A stretch of DNA of 64,000 nucleotides from Candidatus Cloacimonadales bacterium. GTDB lineage: Bacteria > Cloacimonadota > Cloacimonadia > Cloacimonadales > JAFGVF01. This document shows positions 58,731-64,000 of this stretch, in pieces; the stretch's first letter is position 1, and the number at the start of each line of letters is the position of its first letter. The notes below the pieces were generated by a model. It ran no database searches, had not been told where the DNA came from, and was given only the letters and a program-made list of their open reading frames with translations. The position numbers and the translations under genes are program-made. The stretch lies in NCBI GenBank assembly GCA_963678315.1, contig OY782781.1:2816001-2880000 (forward strand), in the 5' to 3' direction.

Positions 58731-60637
58731 GTAGAGTAGAGACAGGTTTTCACCTGCCCCCCTCTTCAAACCGTGCATGCGGTTTTCCCGCACACGGCTT
58801 ACCGACAAAGTTCTTTCTAAGCTTTCACAAGTTTGTCAGGGTGTTCTGTATGCTAAGTTATATAGACCATAATACCTAATTAACTTGGCATGAGCATTTT
58901 GACGATAAAGCTTACAGCTCTTCTGACTCTTGCGTTTGTAATACCTCTTTAAACTAAAAAAGAGATATGTATTAACACTATCTTTGGCTTTAGCTGGGTA
59001 GCTTACTTTTGGTATTGTGAAGTAGTTAACCCAACCTCTTAATATGGGATTGAGTTTCTTTACTAAAGTATAATTAGATGAGTGTCCATTATTCATAAGA
59101 CAATGTTTTATATTTGCCTTGAACTTTTTGACACTCTTTTTACTTGGAATAACATTCCAGTAATAACCATACCAATTGTAAAAAGATTTATCAAACCTAA
59201 AAGTAAAACCTAAAAAGTCAAAGGATAGCTTTGTTGCATTCAAGTGTTTCGTTTTTTCCATGTTAATGGTTAATTCCATTTTCTCTAGTATTCTGTGTAA
59301 ATACGATAAGCATTCTTTAGGTATTTTATTTCCCATTAGGATAAAGTCATCAGCATAACGAACTATTTTTATGCCTCTTTTAGCGAAAAAATCCATCTTC
59401 TCTATTGACAGCTTTATCAACAAGATTTAAGTATATATTTGCTAGTAAAGGAGAAATAACGCCTCCTTGAGGTGTTCCCTTTTTACTCTTGTGCAATTTA
59501 TTCTTTTCAAAGTATGGTGCTTTTAACCACATTTTAATAAGTTTTAATACTCTTTTATCTGTTATTCTTCTTTCAACAAGATACATCAGTTTATCGTGTG
59601 GAATATTATCGAAATAACCTGATAAATCAGCATCATATACTTCTGTTTTTCCAGCCTTTAGATTAGACTTAATTTCCTTTATAGCTCCATGTGCTGAACG
59701 CTTTGGTCTGAAACCATGAGAACAATCTTCAAAGTCTGCTTCAAAGATTGGTTCTATTATTAGTTTACAACACATCTGAACAACTCTATCTTTGATAGTT
59801 GGAATTCCTAATGGTCTCATTTTACCATTTGCTTTTGGAATATATACTCGAAGTATTGGAGATGGTTTATAAGTTGCATCTTTTAGTTCTTGTTGAATTT
59901 CAAAGAGAAAGTCTGTTACTCCATATTCTTCAATATCAGAGAAACTCTTCTTATCATATCCTGCAATCCCATTGTTCAACTTCACCCTTCTCCAAGCTTC
60001 TGTTAGAAAATATCCCACTGTTAACTTATCATACAATACATAAAAACGAAAATCCTTTTCATGTTTGGCTTTAGAATATAATTTACGTTGAAAAATTCGA
60101 ACTCTTTCTTCAGCTGTTAAATCAGCCTTTCGTTTGCTTGTTAGATTTTCATCAATCACAACTTTCTCCTTATCTTGTAAATTTCTTTGAAGTAATGCCC
60201 CTTCGCTACTTTTGAGTTATGTTGTCTCAAATATCATCACTACTATGGGCATCTCCGACTGCCTAAATAACTGGATTTCACTTCGACACCGTCTTATAGA
60301 AATCCATTTAGGGTTGTCACCTCTTATTAAATAGGCTCTCTCACGTTTAATGTGCAATCGTTTATAAGCACGCCACCAGTTATAACTCCGGTAATCTTTG
60401 ATAGTGCATACTTCTGTTTCTTCCTATCAAATAGCAGGTTTCATCCTCTGGGAAAGATTAACCGATTACAATTGCCTAACGAAGCTACCTGTTCGCTTAC
60501 GCTACGGCTTACTTACCGATTCAAAGAGCTTCAAACTAAACATTACTGTATTAGTTTGTCTTTTTCACTTCTGGTTGAACAGAAAATTAACCAGACTGGA
60601 TTTTCACCAGTTGACGGCACACCACCTCGTGACGCAC
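58731..60637 (-). mobile_element. Group II intron (IIB-like AGC triad, no endonuclease domain)
   Basis: 5' GTGCG at 60637; D5 AGCCGTGTGCGGGAAAACCGCATGCACGGTT; D6 and a 3' CTAC at 58731; alpha/alpha' pair TTCTGTT/AACAGAA; boundaries confirmed by the empty homologous site at 54981/54982. Confidence 0.93.
58836..60159 (-). pseudogene. ltrA: Group II intron RT/maturase split by a +1 frameshift
   Basis: RPLGIPT, HGFRP and GTPQGG lie in one frame, YADD and the X domain in the next; one extra T in the T6 run at 59386-59391. Confidence 0.85.
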
Positions 60638-60829
60638 CCCAAATAATGCACTAGGATTTAAAAAATAGCACTATATTATTCCTGTGAGGGCGTAGCTTTA
60701 GCGAAGACTCATGGCAAGAATAACTTCCATAATCTCAACTAGAATATATATTATTCAAGCTTCGATTCTGTAAGATATTTTGCTGAAAGAATCTGCACTA
60801 TTTCCATAAAGCCTAATGCATCATCTGGG
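60638..60829 (-). mobile_element. 161-bp palindromic MITE-like element carrying a 31-bp insertion; serves as the intron 5' exon
   Basis: Homologous to 54821-54981; 192 bp = 161 + 31 (insertion at 60681-60711); TTTAA repeats at 60834-60830 and 58730-58726. Confidence 0.75.
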
Positions 60830-60905
60830 TTAAAGGAAAAGACTTTAATAACAATCTTTTAGATTTTTATCTTTTCTAAAGAGCAAAATCACTACTTCAG
60901 ACAAA

Positions 60906-61976
60906 TTATATAATCTCTTTTGTAATATACTTTGAGTTCATAAGATGAAGTAATCCCATATAATCCATATGAAATTCAAGCATATCACCTACTTTGTAAT
61001 TAGATTTATTATCTCCAATATCAATAACAATCATATCAGAGCTAGCACCCACAAATACAATATCTTTATCATCAGACCAAATATGTTTTTCATTTACATC
61101 AAGTAATCCTAGATTAATGATAGCACGATAGGATGTTTTACCAAGATCCTTAGCATCAAATTCATAAGATTTACCTTCAACATTAGTGCCCATTTCTCCA
61201 TTAGGAACAACAGGTTTTTCTGAAAGTTCAATTATTTCTGCATGTAGTTTAAAAATATCATTATGCATGCCTTTAATCAGCTTTTCATTATAAATATCTG
61301 TTCCAAAGAAAAGAGTTTCTCCAACTCTAAAATGATTTATTCCTCTAGGAAGAGTATTGTTCAAAATCAGTGGAATAACAACAGAAGAACCGCCAGATAC
61401 AAAAGGTATCAGCCTGTTGAATTTAGCTTCAATCAACTGTTCATAAAGACATAACTGGATCAACTTATCAGGATTGGGAAGCACTCCATATAAGCAAGAG
61501 AAGTTCGCTCCTATACCAACAACTTCTATATTATCGAGTTCGAACACACCTTTATAAAAATCAAGAAATTCCTCCCTTACAACTCCTTCTCGCAGTTCTC
61601 CAAGTTCAATCATAATTATAACTTTGTGAGTTTTATTTTGCTTTTTTGCTTCTACTGAAAGAGCATATATGGTTTCATACTCTGTATTGATAGATATATC
61701 TGCAAATTTAACAACGTCCTGAATATCTAGCATTGATGGAGGTTTTATATAGAGAGTTATAACGTTAGGGTCAATTTCTTTTATCATTTCAAGATTACTA
61801 AGTCTTGAATCACAAACCTGCTTAGTTCCAATTTCAATCAATACTTCTAGAAGTTGTTTATGTCCACAAAGAACTTTTGATACAATAGCCCAGTTTATGT
61901 CATTTTTGGTAAACAATTTATCCAGATATTTAAAGTTATCTTGTAACTTCTTCTTATCCATACTTAAATATGCCAT
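60906..61976 (-). CDS. Alanine/ornithine racemase-family PLP enzyme
   Basis: VSK PLP lysine, DSRL.NL, ELGELREG, SGGSS, RVGE and GASSD motifs. Confidence 0.85.
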   Translation of the reverse strand: MAYLSMDKKKLQDNFKYLDKLFTKNDINWAIVSKVLCGHKQLLEVLIEIGTKQVCDSRLSNLEMIKEIDPNVITLYIKPPSMLDIQDVVKFADISINTEYETIYALSVEAKKQNKTHKVIIMIELGELREGVVREEFLDFYKGVFELDNIEVVGIGANFSCLYGVLPNPDKLIQLCLYEQLIEAKFNRLIPFVSGGSSVVIPLILNNTLPRGINHFRVGETLFFGTDIYNEKLIKGMHNDIFKLHAEIIELSEKPVVPNGEMGTNVEGKSYEFDAKDLGKTSYRAIINLGLLDVNEKHIWSDDKDIVFVGASSDMIVIDIGDNKSNYKVGDMLEFHMDYMGLLHLMNSKYITKEII

Positions 61977-61977
61977 T

Positions 61978-62427
61978 TTAATCCCTCACTAGTCTCATTT
62001 CAGCATATTTCTTAACAAATCCTACCTTTTCATACAAGAACTTAGCAGGGTTATCTTCCTCAACATGAAGAGCAATATTGCCATCACAAACCCTTTTTGC
62101 TTTGTTCATGAGTTGTTTACCAAATCCCATACCTCTACAATCATGTTTAACTGCAATATATACCAATATAGTTTCAGGAATATAACCTTGCATACCTGTT
62201 TTGTTTAAGACCACTACTCCCTTGATTTCATTATCATGGTAAGCAATAATTATTTTTCCTCCATAGCTATCTTTATCAAAAACATAGTTTATTGCTTTCA
62301 TAATATCAGCTTTGGGGTCTCCATATTGTTCTAAATTGTGATATAAAAAGTTAGCTATTTCTTCTTTATTATCTTTGTCCAAGTGTGTATCTTTGTCAAC
62401 AACATTAAATACAAGTTCTGTATTCAT
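61978..62427 (-). CDS. GNAT N-acetyltransferase
   Basis: YIAV...RGMGFGK.L and LHVE.DNPA..LYEK.GF motifs. Confidence 0.9.
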   Translation of the reverse strand: MNTELVFNVVDKDTHLDKDNKEEIANFLYHNLEQYGDPKADIMKAINYVFDKDSYGGKIIIAYHDNEIKGVVVLNKTGMQGYIPETILVYIAVKHDCRGMGFGKQLMNKAKRVCDGNIALHVEEDNPAKFLYEKVGFVKKYAEMRLVRD

Positions 62428-62620
62428 TAAATCTCCTTTTCTTATTCTTATTGATTGAAAAATAATAATTTAGGCATGTCAACTCTTTTCTTGTTTTTTT
62501 TGAATTAAGAACAAGTTAACTTTTTCTTGTTAAAAATAATCTTTCACAGTGGATAATATATTGACACTTATTTCAGATCTCTTTTCTTGAATGGAAAATA
62601 ATTATTAACATAGAGGTATT

Positions 62621-63472
62621 ATGAAGACTTTTCTAGAGTGTATCCCTTGCTTCATGAAGCAGGCTCTAAAATCAGGCAAGATCGCAACATCTGATGAGGT
62701 CAAGATAAAAGAAATTCTTAACAGAGTTGGTAAAGAAATTGAAAATATACCACTGGAGAATACTCCTCCTGAAACAGGTAGGCTTATTTACAGAATCGTA
62801 TCAGAAGTGACAGGTTTAGAAGATCCTTATCATGATATAAAGCAAAACAATATTAAGCATGCTCTAAAAGTTTATCCTGAATATGAGCAAAAAGTAAATG
62901 ATATTGAAAACTATGATGAAAGGCTTGAACTTGCTATAAGAATCGCCACAGCTGGTAATGTTATTGACTTAGGAGTCGATAGAGTATTTGATTTGCAGAA
63001 AGATATTAATGAAGCGATAAAGGTAGATTTTAAAATCTGGGACTTTGATATTTTTAAAGAAAAACTAGCTCAAGCTGAAAATATCTTATATATTGGAGAT
63101 AATACTGGAGAAGCTGTCTTCGATAGAATTCTCATTAAACAGGTAGGCAAGAAGGTAACTTTTGCTACAAGAGGAATCCCAGTTCTTAATGATATAACAA
63201 TCAAAGAAGCTAAGCAACTTAATATCGATAAATTAGCAGAAGTAATTTCATCTGGTTCTAGCTGTCCAGGAGCTGTGACAAAGTACTGCAATGAAAACTT
63301 TATGCAGGTCTTTAATAATGCTGATTTAGTTATAGCTAAAGGACAAGGAAACTATGAAGCTCTCTCAAATGAAAATAGAGATATCTTCTTTTTAATGAAA
63401 GCTAAATGCCGTGTTATTGCAGAAGATGCAGGAGTTGAAGTAGAAGATTTTGTATTAGAGTACAAAAACTAG
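62621..63472 (+). CDS. ARMT1/DUF89 damage-control phosphatase
   Basis: EC.PC, GNVID, DNTGE..FD, NDIT and KGQGNYE motifs. Confidence 0.9.
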   Translation: MKTFLECIPCFMKQALKSGKIATSDEVKIKEILNRVGKEIENIPLENTPPETGRLIYRIVSEVTGLEDPYHDIKQNNIKHALKVYPEYEQKVNDIENYDERLELAIRIATAGNVIDLGVDRVFDLQKDINEAIKVDFKIWDFDIFKEKLAQAENILYIGDNTGEAVFDRILIKQVGKKVTFATRGIPVLNDITIKEAKQLNIDKLAEVISSGSSCPGAVTKYCNENFMQVFNNADLVIAKGQGNYEALSNENRDIFFLMKAKCRVIAEDAGVEVEDFVLEYKN

Positions 63473-63496
63473 TTTATCTTTGTTATTCTTATAAAA

Positions 63497-63535
63497 GAAA
63501 AAGCCGAAAACTAAACTTAGTTATCGGCTATTTTT
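63497..63535. terminator. Bidirectional terminator
   Basis: AGCCGA.AACTAA/TTAGTT.TCGGCT hairpin with A/T tails between convergent genes. Confidence 0.65.
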
Positions 63536-63550
63536 AACAATTATATATGT

Positions 63551-64000
63551 TTAGAAGTAAAGGTCTCTTTCACCTTTAGCTACACGTTCTAACTTTTGGA
63601 TAAGTTCTTTTTGCACCTTTTCATCAGGTATATTTTTCACTTCTTCATCAACAAGTTTCATCACAGCTTCTCTTGTTTTTTCTGAAGAGTAATCATGAAC
63701 ATATTCTGAAACTGTTAGGATAGCGTTTGGTGTACAGAATCTTTTAACAAAACCCGGTATAGCAAATTCCATGAAGTGCTCACCTGTTCTACCTAATCTA
63801 TAACAAGCAGTACAGAATGATGGTAAGAAACCGTGAGTAGCAAGCTCATGAATAACATCATCTAAAGAGCGTTGATCACCAAGTAGGAATTGTGATTTTT
63901 TGAAAGCATCTTCATCTTTGTGTGAATAGTCACCGATACCGATACTTGATCCAGCATCAATTTGTGACACGCCAAAAGAAATAACTTCATTTCTGATTTC
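63551..64000 (-). CDS. hydG: [FeFe]-hydrogenase maturase HydG, C-terminal part
   Basis: GVSQIDAGS, PSFCTACYR...FC (CX2CX22C) and GERDLYF end; truncated by the window edge. Confidence 0.92.
   Translation of the reverse strand, partial: EIRNEVISFGVSQIDAGSSIGIGDYSHKDEDAFKKSQFLLGDQRSLDDVIHELATHGFLPSFCTACYRLGRTGEHFMEFAIPGFVKRFCTPNAILTVSEYVHDYSSEKTREAVMKLVDEEVKNIPDEKVQKELIQKLERVAKGERDLYF

Noticed and set aside
58836..60159. RT as a retron, DGR or defence RT
   Set aside because: It is flanked by a canonical group II 5' GTGCG, D5/D6 and a maturase X domain; no TR/VR pair or msr-msd is present.
60352..60654. ORFs 60352-60654 and 60398-60646
   Set aside because: They are antisense to intron domain I RNA and show no coding features.
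54821..60829. The two inverted 161-bp copies as ends of a composite transposon
   Set aside because: Each copy has its own TTTAA pair and no transposase lies between them; independent insertions are the simpler explanation.
997..63291. Numerous 60-130-aa ORFs antisense to, or nested in, long genes
   Set aside because: They are shadow ORFs of well-supported genes, without RBS or recognisable motifs.

Overview
A 64-kb, low-GC bacterial chromosomal segment. It most plausibly comes from an anaerobic FCB-group organism such as Cloacimonadota (inferred from five secreted proteins with YPNP..YNIKGQK..SGIY C-terminal domains and from hydG). Left part: housekeeping genes (infB-rbfA-nrnA-truB-ribF...yhaM, miaB), an AI-2E/radA/PIN-PhoH/alr operon in which Alr carries a ~250-aa extra domain, and a sigma54-linked DUF4390-NtrY-NtrX-like module behind a PDZ/beta-barrel gene. 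Middle: tandem lipoprotein paralogues, a DEAD-box helicase, an ECF sigma locus with an unannotated small ORF, and several secreted proteins. 36.2-54.8 kb: a SusC/D-free beta-1,3-glucan utilisation locus (GH16, MFS, GH30, GH17, a multi-module binding protein, a GH161-like phosphorylase, a GntR-LacI regulator and a GH-beta-barrel fusion). Right part: a C25 protease, a group II intron with a frameshifted RT, a racemase-GNAT pair and the 3' end of hydG. The most striking observation is that the group II intron sits exactly at the end of a 161-bp fully palindromic repeat element. An intron-free copy of that element lies about 4 kb away, and the intron's putative EBS1 matches the element's terminal repeat. 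Several other palindromic repeat families showing base-pair covariation are stacked in the intergenic regions. No rRNA, tRNA or CRISPR array was seen.
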